From the NCBI GenBank assembly GCA_963777165.1, contig CAVZPO010000022.1, forward strand, positions 12,082 to 76,081: DNA of 64,000 nt, in the 5' to 3' direction. Below, in pieces: positions 26,311 to 36,400 of this stretch. The notes beneath the pieces were generated by a model that was given only the letters and a program-made list of their open reading frames with translations, made no database searches and was not told the DNA's origin. A program made the position numbers and the translations under genes. Positions within the stretch are counted from its first letter, which is position 1; every line of letters begins with the position of its first letter. The DNA comes from an uncultured Chloroflexia bacterium (GTDB lineage: Bacteria; Chloroflexota; Anaerolineae; Anaerolineales; E44-bin32).

Positions 26311-27759
26311 ATGGAATCCCCCGCCACCTCACCTGGAACCCCATCGATGCCGGTAAGAATCTTCATCCTCTTCATGCTCCTGTTCGCCATCTCGACCAAG
26401 CGATCCGTGTCGTCCTGGAATGACGCTTCACGAATGGCAACCATCCAATCCCTGGTGGAGCAACAGACCCTGATCATTGATGATACGGCGTTTGTCGACA
26501 AGACTTCGGACACCTATGTCTTCCGCGGACACACCTACTCCAGCAAACCTCCGGCCCTGGCCATCATCGGTGCCCTTGTTTATGCCCCGATGTACCTGGC
26601 CGGACTCACCTTTGACCGCGATCCCTCGTTGCCTTACTTCCTCATCACCCTCTTGACCATCGGGACCATCTCTGCCCTGGGGCTGGTCTTCTTCTGGAAG
26701 ATGCAGGTTGACGAGTTTCGCGTCGACGTCGAATGGGCAAAGATCACGACCTTCGTTGCCGGTACCGGGACGTTGGTGCTCCCCTACTCCACCGTGTTCA
26801 ATAGCCACGCGGTTGGCGGAGCCCTTGTGCTCATCGGCTTCTACTACGCCTTCAAGGGCCCCATCCGGTCGGAGACCCGCCACGCCATCTTCTCTGGACT
26901 GCTGCTTGCCCTTGCCGGGAGCGTCGAGACGACCTGCTTGATCTTTCTCCCCTTCGCTCTCTTGATCTTCCTCAGAAGGTCGCTCAGGGATGCTCTGCGA
27001 TTTGCAGCTGCCTGTACGCCAATCGTAGTGTTCTACTTCGGCGCAAACCTCATCCTCTCCGGGAGCCTGCTCCCACCCACATTAAACGCTCCCTTGCGGT
27101 CATTGCCTGGGTCGGCATTCTCAGGCGAGAACCTGTCCGGGCTGACCAGCCACGCGACTCTCGCCGACGGCTTGGTCTATGCGTTTCACATGCTGATCGG
27201 CAATCGGGGGCTCTTTTCCCACACACCGATCCTTCTCTTCGCTATCCCGGGGGTCGTCCTAGCCTACAGGCTCAGAAGATCGCAGTTGCCCTATTCGGAC
27301 ACTCTGTTGCTTGTGCTGGCCTGCTGCCTGTTCATCGGACTGGCGATCCTGCGGACGAACAACTATGGTGGCAACTCCTTCGGGGTCCGATGGTTCGCAA
27401 CGATCATGCTGATCCTCTTTCTTCCCATCGCGTTCCTCTCGGAAGAGATGGGGTCGAGAGGGTGGTTGCGCTCTCTATTCTGGGTGGTCAGCGCGCTGTC
27501 AATCGCCATAGCCCTGGTTGGCTCCTACCGACCCTTCCTTCCCTCTCCGAATCCCGTCCCTGGATTGCCCGGAATCGTTGATAACACCATGTGGCTCGCG
27601 ATCGTGAGGATTGCGACTCTCTCCACGCCGCTGGGGAAGGTGCGCTTCCTCCTCGTCGCCGCAATCGTGTACGCCGCGTTCTTCTTGCTCAAGAGGGGCC
27701 ACGATCGGAGCAGCTTGAGAGGGCCGGCCCCCTCATTCCCCGCGCAATCCTCCGGGTAG
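26311..27759 (+). CDS. GT-C fold membrane glycosyltransferase (PMT_2/ArnT-like)
   Basis: The start is set after the tRNA (ATG 26311, alternative 26347). The first-loop motif SWNDASRMATIQSLVEQQTLIIDD....TSDTYVFRGHTYSSKPPA is followed by more than 10 TM segments. Confidence 0.75.
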   Translation: MESPATSPGTPSMPVRIFILFMLLFAISTKRSVSSWNDASRMATIQSLVEQQTLIIDDTAFVDKTSDTYVFRGHTYSSKPPALAIIGALVYAPMYLAGLTFDRDPSLPYFLITLLTIGTISALGLVFFWKMQVDEFRVDVEWAKITTFVAGTGTLVLPYSTVFNSHAVGGALVLIGFYYAFKGPIRSETRHAIFSGLLLALAGSVETTCLIFLPFALLIFLRRSLRDALRFAAACTPIVVFYFGANLILSGSLLPPTLNAPLRSLPGSAFSGENLSGLTSHATLADGLVYAFHMLIGNRGLFSHTPILLFAIPGVVLAYRLRRSQLPYSDTLLLVLACCLFIGLAILRTNNYGGNSFGVRWFATIMLILFLPIAFLSEEMGSRGWLRSLFWVVSALSIAIALVGSYRPFLPSPNPVPGLPGIVDNTMWLAIVRIATLSTPLGKVRFLLVAAIVYAAFFLLKRGHDRSSLRGPAPSFPAQSSG

Positions 27760-29358
27760 CTAGCGTCCGAAGATCGCGTAGTTGGAACCTTCGATCAAAG
27801 GGGCTTGCGGCGGTCTTTCGTGCCGGCTGAGACTCTGCGGCCTGTCAACCCAAATGTAGACTTGATAGTCGTTCTCGTCCCACGTGTAATCCCTCAGGTA
27901 GTACTTGGTCAACCGGAACTTCTCGTTCGACGAGTAGATCGAGACGCCTAGGTCTCCAACCTTCGACCCAATCTCCCGCCAATTCCGGTTGTAGGGGAAG
28001 CCGAAGATCCCCTCAATCGCCTCGCCGCTGCTCAATGCTTCAGACATCCTGCCGAAGACATAGGTCTTGCTGTTCCAAGGGTATTCGGGCGTGGCATTCA
28101 CAAATGCCTGGTAGTTGAAGGATGTTGCTGACAGGCCCACCGTCAAGATGATCGCCATGGAGATACCGGGGTAGCGCTCCAGGGCATGCTCCAGGGCCAC
28201 CGCCAACCCGACAAGAAGCGGGGTCATGAAGGTATAGATGTGGGTCAAGGGCATCGCGAACCACAGGCCATACGCCGTGAAGGAAATCAGCAACCACAGG
28301 TCCAACGCCACATCGGCCCGCCCCCGGCCGGACTCCGGTCCTCGCCGAATGAGCAGGCTGCCCGCCATTGCCGCACCCACCAGCGTGCTTGCGTAGACCA
28401 GAAGTCTGACGCGTTCCACGTGGAGGATCCGGCCGACGACGAGTCCGGTCAGCAACACCACCATCACCACAACAACCCGGCCGCCTTTCTTCATCCGGGC
28501 TCCTGCGAACACCGAGAGACCCAGGAACAGAAGGATGAGGAATTCCTTGGAGTGATAGATCGCCAGCAGCCTCAGGCTGTAGTACAACGAATCGTAACGA
28601 AACTCCGAGGTGATCCTCTGGCCGAGCAAGTACGAAGCGGTGGATGAGAACTCGGGATTGAGGATGAAGGGGATATAGAAGACGCCGCTGACCAAGGCCA
28701 AGGGCGCCAGGTAGTAGAGGAGGCTCGTCCCGCGCCGCTCGGATCGAACGCTCTGCGTCGCCAAGAACAGGGCGATCGGGACGATGAAGCTCAGCGCATC
28801 GTAGTGGAACAACAAGGCCGCGCCGGACAAACTCCCTGCGGTCACAAGCCGCCATGTCGCACCGTCTTCCAGGTGGCCGATGAATTCGTAATAGGTAAGG
28901 ATCGACAGCAAGACGACAAAGGATTGGTATTGGGCGACCCTGGAAAAAGCCAGGAACAACCCCGACCCAGCCAACAGGAAGGCGGCGATCGAGCCTGCGC
29001 GTCTTGACCAGTATCGGGCACCCAGTAGGTAGACGGCCACAACCGAGAGGATCCCTGCCAGGAGAAACGGCTCGCGGAGGAAGCCTTCAGGCTGGTCCAC
29101 CTTCCCGAGAACAATCCCGTTTACGGCATAGGTCAGCAGATACTGCAGAGGGCCCTTCGACCTGGTCAAGAGGAATTGCAGAATACCCTGGTTTCCGAAC
29201 AGGTAGTCCTGGGCGGCGACCTCGTCGCCCTGGAAGTTCGAATAACCGAGACTTGCAGCCCGCAGGACGGTGTTCACTCCCGCGAAGGCAAGGAGCGAGA
29301 TCATGGAGATCCGTCTCCACGTCTCTCGGCGCTGATTACCGACCAGAGAGCTGGCCAT
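27760..29358 (-). CDS. GT-C fold membrane glycosyltransferase (GT39/ArnT-like)
   Basis: 532 aa, polytopic. First loop FQGDEV. The C-terminal soluble domain is rich in Y/W. Its stop abuts the stop of the convergent gene (TAG|CTA). Confidence 0.7.
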   Translation of the reverse strand: MASSLVGNQRRETWRRISMISLLAFAGVNTVLRAASLGYSNFQGDEVAAQDYLFGNQGILQFLLTRSKGPLQYLLTYAVNGIVLGKVDQPEGFLREPFLLAGILSVVAVYLLGARYWSRRAGSIAAFLLAGSGLFLAFSRVAQYQSFVVLLSILTYYEFIGHLEDGATWRLVTAGSLSGAALLFHYDALSFIVPIALFLATQSVRSERRGTSLLYYLAPLALVSGVFYIPFILNPEFSSTASYLLGQRITSEFRYDSLYYSLRLLAIYHSKEFLILLFLGLSVFAGARMKKGGRVVVVMVVLLTGLVVGRILHVERVRLLVYASTLVGAAMAGSLLIRRGPESGRGRADVALDLWLLISFTAYGLWFAMPLTHIYTFMTPLLVGLAVALEHALERYPGISMAIILTVGLSATSFNYQAFVNATPEYPWNSKTYVFGRMSEALSSGEAIEGIFGFPYNRNWREIGSKVGDLGVSIYSSNEKFRLTKYYLRDYTWDENDYQVYIWVDRPQSLSRHERPPQAPLIEGSNYAIFGR

Positions 29359-29552
29359 TGCCTTTTCGATGTGCCCCAGCGGGCCCGCCGCTTAGCTCCA
29401 CTCGGGAGCCGCCTTGGGCCCCAACCGGCATCCATAACGGACGCCACGACGGCCCGCTAGGGGACGTGCCCGGACCGCCAAGGAAGCGGTTCGGTCTTGG
29501 TGCGATTGGGACGCCCATCCGAATGTGCATGGGGCAACCACGCTCCGATCGT

Positions 29553-31040
29553 TCATGGCGTCGAGGAGGCACGCCGGAACATCCACACCTGTGCGCCCTG
29601 GTACTTCCTCGTGTCCGCAAGTTCTAGCGTGGCCATCAGATGTTCCATGAGTGCCGGACTCGGCGAACCGTGTGCCGCGACGTACCATATCCGCTCCGGA
29701 TTATGAAGACGGATGTACTCGTCAAAGGCAGCCACATCCTCGGGTTCTCCGGCAATCAACTCGACCCGCTCGCGCGAACCGAAGCGCTCGAAGTAATAGT
29801 TGAAGTAGTCCGGATGTTTGGCGAAGCCGACGATTACCCGGCTTCGCGTGGGGTCGGTCCGCTCAATGATGTACTGCACAGCTTCTCGGAATTGCTCCTT
29901 GGAGGGAACTCGGTAGTAGCCCACCAGGAAGATCATCTGGTAGAGCGCAACACCGCCAAGAACCAGCACGAAGCCTGCCTTGGTCCACCCCCGGAAAGGC
30001 AGCTTGACAATAGCCCGAGAGAGTAGCAGGTAGGCTGCGGGGAGGGAAACGATCAGGTTTCTTTGGGTATAGATCGGGGTGCGAACGCTGGAGAAGATCC
30101 ACGTGAGGACCAGAGGGACCACGAGCCAGTACCCAAGGACGAACTCGGAAGACCCCCAGAGCGCCCTCCTACTCTCCCCCACGGTTTCCTTGTGTTGGCG
30201 GAGCTTTGAATAGAGTAGGTAAGCGTAGAGCAGCAGGACGACGACAGCCAGGATCTTCGAACGGTTGAATAGGAAGCTGATGTACGCCGGGAAGGCGGTC
30301 AGCTTCGGCGGGTCAATCCACGAGATCAGGTTGGTATGGGACAACTGCTCGACCATGGAGGGGACCCACGGGGAATACCCCACCAAGATCGCCAGATACA
30401 GTAAGGCCGCAGTCCGGAGATAGCGGGCGGTACCCGCGGCAAGCGTCAACAATCCTATGCCTTGGAGTGCCACAAGCAGCAATCCGTAGTAATGCGAGTA
30501 ACAGGTCAGAAGCGCCGTGAAGATGTACCCGAGGGCAGTGCCAATCCCGACCTTCGACTCTCGTTTGACCGAGCTCGCCACTTCCGCCCACAGCGCGGAT
30601 GAGAGCAGCGCGGCAAGCAGCACCAGCGAGTAGTTGCGGGCCTCCTGACTGAAGGAAATGGGGCACCACAGAACAGCCATCAGAAAGGCCGCGATCAGCC
30701 CTTCGCGGTAGGAAAACCATCTCCACCCAATCCAGAAGATGGCAAGGATCGAAAGGATCCCGAAGACAGCGGAAGGGAGACGCAACGCCTGTTCCGTGTC
30801 CCCCAGGGACCGCTCGACGGCAAATAGGATGATCTGGAAAGCAGGGGGATGGGTATCTGGCCTGACCCCGTTGTCGATCACCTCACCGATCGTCTTGAAG
30901 CTGCTCTGCCGCCAGCTTTCCAGTTCATCGGTCCACAGCGATTCGCTCCCGAGATGGTACAGACGGAGTGTGGCGCCAGCCAGGACGATGAGAGCGACGG
31001 TCAGCCAGATACGGGGCGTGATGTGTTCGAGTTCCTTCAT
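29553..31040 (-). CDS. glycosyltransferase family 39 (ArnT/PMT-like) membrane protein
   Basis: The N-terminus LRLYHLGSESLWTDELESW...THPPAFQI...RLPSAVFGILSILAIFWIG is the canonical GT39 start with the DE motif. About 11 TM segments plus a C-terminal periplasmic domain. Confidence 0.85.
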   Translation of the reverse strand: MKELEHITPRIWLTVALIVLAGATLRLYHLGSESLWTDELESWRQSSFKTIGEVIDNGVRPDTHPPAFQIILFAVERSLGDTEQALRLPSAVFGILSILAIFWIGWRWFSYREGLIAAFLMAVLWCPISFSQEARNYSLVLLAALLSSALWAEVASSVKRESKVGIGTALGYIFTALLTCYSHYYGLLLVALQGIGLLTLAAGTARYLRTAALLYLAILVGYSPWVPSMVEQLSHTNLISWIDPPKLTAFPAYISFLFNRSKILAVVVLLLYAYLLYSKLRQHKETVGESRRALWGSSEFVLGYWLVVPLVLTWIFSSVRTPIYTQRNLIVSLPAAYLLLSRAIVKLPFRGWTKAGFVLVLGGVALYQMIFLVGYYRVPSKEQFREAVQYIIERTDPTRSRVIVGFAKHPDYFNYYFERFGSRERVELIAGEPEDVAAFDEYIRLHNPERIWYVAAHGSPSPALMEHLMATLELADTRKYQGAQVWMFRRASSTP

Positions 31041-31925
31041 TCGCGCCTTGCCCCTACGTCTAGGATCAACCCGATATCATAAGCGATTCTGCCACCGGCG
31101 ATCGTGCTCCACTGTCCCTGTGCCGAGAATGCGGGCGGTCCTTCGACCCGCGGCAATGGATTGAGAAAGGCCTCCCGCGGGGTGGAACCTTCGCCGGTCG
31201 CCGACCACCTCTAACAGCCACCGACAATCCCGCCGAAAGGCGTTTTCTGCGCTGTCCCTGACCTTCGTCGGAGGACCTGATACGCGTCCGTGTCCCCAGG
31301 TGCACAGCCCGCCAGGGGGCAGGCCAGGGGCTCTGTTCCCCAACCTTGCCGCGGGCGCCAGGGTTGTTGACCTGAGCGCAGAGTCGACCGGATCGATGGG
31401 CCGATAACGTGGGCAATTGGGCTTCAAAGCTCCAGGCTGCAAGTCCGACCTCTGCACGGCCCTCCCCCTTCTCCATCTATCGAGAAGCTGCCCGTCAGGC
31501 AACTGAACCCGCCAAGGAAGGGCGGCCATCTCAGGTGACCTCGTCTCCCCGCAAGGGCGTATCTATCACGATCCAGCTCGGGGGTGTCACGGCATGTGGG
31601 GGAGATTACGCTACTCCTCCCTAGTCAGATCATTGTTGAGATCACCTCTCCTGTCAGCGGCCGATGGCTGCCAGCCCACATGCCTCACTCCGCCATGGTC
31701 CCCGTCAACGGGTACATTACGCTCGATGGCGACCGGTCAGCCGAGATCACCATGGGCGGCATGCGCAGGCGCCAGAATTTCCTCAGGGAGCTTGACGACC
31801 GCAGCAGAGATGATGCACTGAGTTTGCGCCTCCCACGCCCAGCGCCGTGGGTTTCCCTCCTCGCCACCCGGCGCTGCGTGCGAAGCGCCCGACCGGACAA
31901 AGACCTGATAGAATGCCTTGCCAGA

Positions 31926-31972
31926 GGGGGGTTCTAGGCACAAGGTTACAGGTTCAAGTCCTGTACCTCCCC
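31926..31972 (+). other. tRNA-like minihelix / internally deleted tRNA-Lys pseudogene with its own TGATAGAAT element (31906-31914)
   Basis: GGGGGGT-TCTAGGCACAAGGTT-ACAGG-TTCAAGT-CCTGT-ACCTCCC-C. The acceptor stem (6 Watson-Crick pairs plus one G-T) and the T arm are intact. The D and anticodon arms are missing. The promoter 9-mer is identical to the one upstream of the intact tRNA. Confidence 0.5.
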
Positions 31973-32039
31973 GCCGGCGGCGGGGCTCTTCATAACCTTC
32001 GGCCGCCGCCGATCTTCCCCGGCCGACCCAACCGGCGCC

Positions 32040-32945
32040 ATGGACCCCACCCTGCTCGGTGAACTCGCCTCGCTCGCCACCGCCGTGTGCTGGACCGGCT
32101 CGGCGACGTTCTTCTCGATCGCCAGCCGGCGCCTCGGGTCGATCGTCCTCAACCGCACCCGCTTGCTGCTGGCCGTTGTGTTCCTCCTGATCACACACAC
32201 GCTGGTGCTCGGCACGCCGCTCCCCCTCGACGCCGCGCCCGACCGCTGGCTGTGGCTCGGCCTCTCCGGCGTCGTCGGTCTGGCGATCGGCGATGCGATG
32301 CTCTTTCAGGCCTACGTGCTGATCGGACCGCGCCTGGGCATGCTGATGATGAGCACCGCACCGGTGATGAGCGCGCTGCTGGCGCTGGCGCTCCTCGGCG
32401 AACGGCTGCGAACTCTGGAGTGGTTTGGCATCCTGCTCACGGTGGCCGGCATCGGTTGGGTCGTCACGCGCGGCGGCGGCCCGCTTCTCGACCGCCACCA
32501 GCCGCACTACGTGCGCGGCCTGATCCTGGGCTTCGGCGCGGCCGTCTGTCAGGCCGGCGGTCTGACGCTTTCCAAACTCGGCCTGGGCGGCGATTTCCCT
32601 GCCCTCTCCGGCGTCGTCATTCGCATGCTGGCGGCGTTCGTCGCGCTGTGGGGTTGGACGCTCGTGCGGCGCGAGATCGGCGCCACCTTCACGCGCCTCT
32701 CTCAAGAACGCTCCGCCCTGCTCCCTGCCATCGCCGGCGCGATCGTCGGCCCGTTCCTCGGGGTTTGGCTGTCACTGATCGGGGTACAGCTCGCCCGCGT
32801 CGGCGTCGCCAGCACGATCATGGCGCTGCCGCCGGTCTTCCTACTTCCCATCGCGCACTTCGTCCTCAAAGAAGACATCAACTGGCAGGCGTGGGTCGGC
32901 ACGTTCGTCGCCATGGCCGGCATCGCCCTGCTGTTCCTGATCTGA
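32040..32945 (+). CDS. EamA/DMT family transporter
   Basis: 301 aa with 10 TM segments in two EamA-like halves (e.g. WLGLSGVVGLAIGDAMLFQAYVLIGP, STIMALPPVFLLPIAHFVLKE). Confidence 0.85.
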   Translation: MDPTLLGELASLATAVCWTGSATFFSIASRRLGSIVLNRTRLLLAVVFLLITHTLVLGTPLPLDAAPDRWLWLGLSGVVGLAIGDAMLFQAYVLIGPRLGMLMMSTAPVMSALLALALLGERLRTLEWFGILLTVAGIGWVVTRGGGPLLDRHQPHYVRGLILGFGAAVCQAGGLTLSKLGLGGDFPALSGVVIRMLAAFVALWGWTLVRREIGATFTRLSQERSALLPAIAGAIVGPFLGVWLSLIGVQLARVGVASTIMALPPVFLLPIAHFVLKEDINWQAWVGTFVAMAGIALLFLI

Positions 32946-33052
32946 CGCGTTGGGCCTCCGCGGGCTGCCTCGGCTCTAGCCTTGGCCGCCCGCTCCGGCT
33001 GATCCGCACGCGCGGTTCCCGGGTAGGCGTTCGCCGCCTGGCACGGCGCGCT

Positions 33053-33459
33053 TCAAACAACCCCGCTAAACGCCAAGCCGCGATCGAACAACACGACGCA
33101 CCCGTCTTCGATCACCCGCCGCGTGCCGGCATCCAACGGCGCCGATGCCCAGGCGCGATCTGCGATCGCGAACTCGACCTCCAGGCCGTCGGCATACCAC
33201 ACGCGCAGCGAGGTCACGCGCCCCAGTCCTCGCATGCCGTCCGCCGCGGCGTGCCGAAGTCGCGAAGCCACTCGGTGTTCCCGACTAGCTCAGACGGAGA
33301 CTCACACACGATGACCAGATCGACGTCCGACTCGGGTGTCGCCGCCTGGCGGGCATGCGAGCCGACGAGTGCCACGCCATGGACGTCCGGCCGCGCCGCC
33401 GCCCAGGCTTGCACACTCAGGATCAACTCGGCCACTCGTTCAGGAACAGCCGGTGACAT
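33053..33459 (-). pseudogene. nucleotidyltransferase-domain protein, frame broken at the C4 run 33221-33224
   Basis: AGGAGG RBS upstream. Contains VALVGSHARQAATPESDVDLVIV (GS...DxD NTase fold). ...EDWG then continues in the other frame as RVTSLRVWYADGLEVEFAIADRAWA...* One more G in the mRNA GGGG run restores the frame. Confidence 0.7.
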
Positions 33460-33736
33460 CCCCTCGCACCTCCTGCCGCGGCGACCGCCCGACGTCGGCC
33501 TTCCTGCGTGCGGCGCTCTGCAACTCCGACCCCGGCCAAGCATGCATGCGCGATCTCGAACCCTCCCCGAGCGTACACCCTCTCCGGTGCGACCGCATAC
33601 GGCGCTGATCCCCCGATGGCTGGGGTACCCGGCGCCGATCGGCAATCCACAATACGCCGTGACCCGTGGCAGAACCACGGGTCACGGCCTGTTGCCTTCC
33701 GCGCCGGGATCAGGCGCCGGACCTGGGCGAGCGGTG

Positions 33737-34315
33737 CTACGCCCCGTCCGGCACCGTCGCGGGCTGCGGTCGCGGATGTGCCTCGCGCCAGGCCTGGACG
33801 GCAGCGCGCAAGTCCTTGGCTGCGCCCGTCATTACCTGAGCGGCTTCACGCAGCGCGCTGCCGGCGCTCTTGACCGTCTCGAGGGCTTGGGCGGCATCGG
33901 TCACCTTACCCCCGCCGTTGAACCCGGCGTGAGCGTCGAGGATCGCGGCCGCCTCATCGTGCGAATGGTGTGCGCGGGCCATCTGGCCTTTGAATTGCGC
34001 CAACGCCGCTTCGAGGTCGCCGGTATCGACGCCGTTGGCCTTGGCCTTCTCGATCAGCCCCGCCAGCTTGTCGGCGCCTGCCTCGGCCTTGGCCAGGTTG
34101 TCGCCCTGCCGCGCCAGCCAGTCCTTCTCGCGCTCCAGCGCTTTCTCGAGCCGCGTGCCGCGGTCGCGGCTGCGCTCGGCCGACGGCGGCTGGCCCTCGT
34201 CGGCGTAGGCCGGCGTCGCCGGCACAGCCACGATTGCAGTCGCTGTCAGGGCAAGCACGAGCAGTCCGCTGGCAGTTGCCCAGATCATCTTCCGGATACG
34301 TGAAATGGTATGCAT
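33737..34315 (-). CDS. secreted alpha-helical protein, hypothetical
   Basis: Signal peptide (LLVLALTATAIVAVPATPAYA/DEG) followed by charged, helix-rich sequence. Confidence 0.6.
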   Translation of the reverse strand: MHTISRIRKMIWATASGLLVLALTATAIVAVPATPAYADEGQPPSAERSRDRGTRLEKALEREKDWLARQGDNLAKAEAGADKLAGLIEKAKANGVDTGDLEAALAQFKGQMARAHHSHDEAAAILDAHAGFNGGGKVTDAAQALETVKSAGSALREAAQVMTGAAKDLRAAVQAWREAHPRPQPATVPDGA

Positions 34316-34660
34316 CAGTGTGCCTCCTGGTTACCAGTTCTGCCTCGATTCTCCTCGCCGCTGTTATCCAGCCTGGGGGGAAATGTAAGAAGGCTGTAAA
34401 ACGGGGCAGACCGGTGACAGGCGTACCGGTCAGCGGCCGATCTCCGGACGCCATACCCGAACCGGCGTCGCCTCCGCCCGATACACCGGCACACGTCGCC
34501 GCTCCGGGATCGCGCCGACACTCGCTGGACTACACCCACCCGATGTTCGGGTTCCGCTGTGCAGGCGATCCCTCTCCGCCGGAGTCCTTCCCTGGACCGC
34601 GTCGTCGTGCATGGGTTTGGTGGTATACCTGACCCCGCTGGCCCGCGGAGTCGTCGACGC

Positions 34661-35587
34661 ATGCCCCCCACACGGTATGACGTGGTCGGTTTGGGAGTCT
34701 CGACCATCGATCTGTTGATGCAGGTGGAACACCTGCCGGCAGAGGAGGAGATCCTGCGCGCCGACGGTTTCTCCGTGCAGGGCGGCGGACCGGTCGCCAC
34801 GGCGATCGTGGCCCTGGCGCGTCTCGGTGCGCGCACGGCGATGATCGACGCCGTGGGAGATGATTGGCGCGGCCGCCTGATCCACGACGGGTTCGCGCGT
34901 GAAGGGGTGTCCACCGAACTCCTCCGGCTGCGGCCAGGATGCACGTCCGCCACCGCGGTCGTGCTGGTGCACGCGGGGACGGGAAAGCGGACGATCGTGT
35001 GGTCCCCGGGCACTGCTCCCGAACTCTCGGTCGATGAAGTCCCGTGGACGGCCATCGAACAGGCCGCCTACCTGCACGTCAACGGCCGGCACGGCGACGC
35101 ATGCCTTCAGGCGTGCCAGTATGCCCGTGGGCATGGCGTCCAGGTGTCGTTCGACGGCGGCGCCGGGCGGTACCGTGAGGAAACGCGTCGACTGATCCCG
35201 CTTAGCGATGTCTGCATCGTCGCCCGCGAGTTCGCCGCTCAACACACAGGCGAGGAGCTCGCCGAGCAGGCCGGTCCCGCGCTGCTATCGGCAGGTCCGG
35301 CGATCGTCGCCATCACCGACGGCGCCCGCGGCAGTTGGGTGTTCTCGAAGAACGGGACGCGCTTCCATCAGCCCGCCTTCCCGGTCCGAGTCGTCGACAC
35401 GACGGGATGTGGAGACTGTTATCACGGCGCCTTCTTGAGCGGGCTGATCCAGGGGCTGGATCTGCCCTCGACGGCCAGGCTGGCCAGCGCCGCGGCAGCG
35501 CTCAACGCGCAGTCGCTCGGCGGACGGCAAGCACTCCCCACGCTGGCGCAGGTTCAGGTATTCCTCGAGCAACACGCGGAGTTGTAG
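34661..35587 (+). CDS. PfkB-family carbohydrate kinase (ribokinase-like)
   Basis: YDVVGLGVSTIDLL, GGGPVATA, and the C-terminal anion-hole/catalytic motif VVDTTGCGDCYHGAF. Confidence 0.85.
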   Translation: MPPTRYDVVGLGVSTIDLLMQVEHLPAEEEILRADGFSVQGGGPVATAIVALARLGARTAMIDAVGDDWRGRLIHDGFAREGVSTELLRLRPGCTSATAVVLVHAGTGKRTIVWSPGTAPELSVDEVPWTAIEQAAYLHVNGRHGDACLQACQYARGHGVQVSFDGGAGRYREETRRLIPLSDVCIVAREFAAQHTGEELAEQAGPALLSAGPAIVAITDGARGSWVFSKNGTRFHQPAFPVRVVDTTGCGDCYHGAFLSGLIQGLDLPSTARLASAAAALNAQSLGGRQALPTLAQVQVFLEQHAEL

Positions 35588-35878
35588 GGACGGAAACTGC
35601 CGGCCACGGCAGGCGCAATTCCGGGGACGACGTCTAAGTGGGTCTTGACCCAGCGGCGGGCACCGCAGTCGTCCGGGGAGCCGGCACACGGACTTGTGCA
35701 CTCGCAGGTGGGCGATGCGGTGCGTGGAGTCGTGGCGTTCAGCCCGGGTTACATTCGTCACTGCCTGCTGAACCGGCGTCGCGATACTCTGCCCGTGGGC
35801 TCCTCCCCGATTCAAGTTCGGCCGGGGCGAAAGGCCGTCCGGTCCACCGCCGGTCCCAGGTCCAGGCGAGAGGATGGG

Positions 35879-36400
35879 ATGATGGAAGGCAAGGTTCTGG
35901 TGGCCTATGCCACCAAGTACGGCGCCACGCAGGAGATCGCCGCGGCCATTGGCGACGCGCTGAGCAGCGCTGGGCTGAAGGTCGATGTGTTCCAGGTCGA
36001 TCGTGTGAAGGACGTCGCGACTTATCGGGCTGTCGTCCTTGGCAGCGCCGTGTATGTGGGTCAGTGGCGCAAGGAGGCGGTCGCGTTCCTGGTGGCGCAC
36101 GAGAAGGCGCTGTCCGAACGGCCGGTGTGGCTGTTCTCCAGTGGACCCTCCGGGAAGGGCGACCCGGTGCAATTGACGAGCGGGTGGAAGTTCCCCGAAG
36201 CTCAGAAGCCCATCGCCGAACGCATCCACGCGCGGGACACGGCCTTGTTCCACGGCGCACTGGATCCGGCGAAGCTCAACCTGCCCGAGAAGCTCATCCT
36301 CAAGGGGGTCAAGGCGCCCATCGGCGATTTCCGCGACTTTGAGGCGGTGCGCGCCTGGGGCCAAACCATCGCTGCGGCGCTGAAGCAACAAGGCGGATAG
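35879..36400 (+). CDS. flavodoxin-domain protein (HemG-like)
   Basis: ATG 35879 has a GAGAGGA RBS. KVLVAYATKYGATQEIA and VVLGSAVYVGQW are flavodoxin FMN-binding blocks. Confidence 0.8.
   Translation: MMEGKVLVAYATKYGATQEIAAAIGDALSSAGLKVDVFQVDRVKDVATYRAVVLGSAVYVGQWRKEAVAFLVAHEKALSERPVWLFSSGPSGKGDPVQLTSGWKFPEAQKPIAERIHARDTALFHGALDPAKLNLPEKLILKGVKAPIGDFRDFEAVRAWGQTIAAALKQQGG

Larger units (their letters stand above)
26160..31966. mobile_element. candidate tRNA-Lys-associated genomic island (low-GC, no integrase detected)
   Basis: The 29-bp direct repeat GCACAAGGTTACAGGTTCAAGTCCTGTAC occurs at 26160-26188 (inside the tRNA) and at 31938-31966. The enclosed DNA is visibly lower in GC (34/60 on the line at 26401, versus 43/60 at 6301). 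It carries three GT-C glycosyltransferases. Confidence 0.4.

Noticed and set aside
31041-31925. Expected integrase/excisionase gene or remnant inside the tRNA-Lys island
   Set aside because: All six frames give only short Arg/Gly/Pro-rich ORFs. I could not recognise any tyrosine-recombinase boxes (R..HxxR..Y) or serine-recombinase motifs. A tBLASTn search is needed before excluding a degraded remnant.
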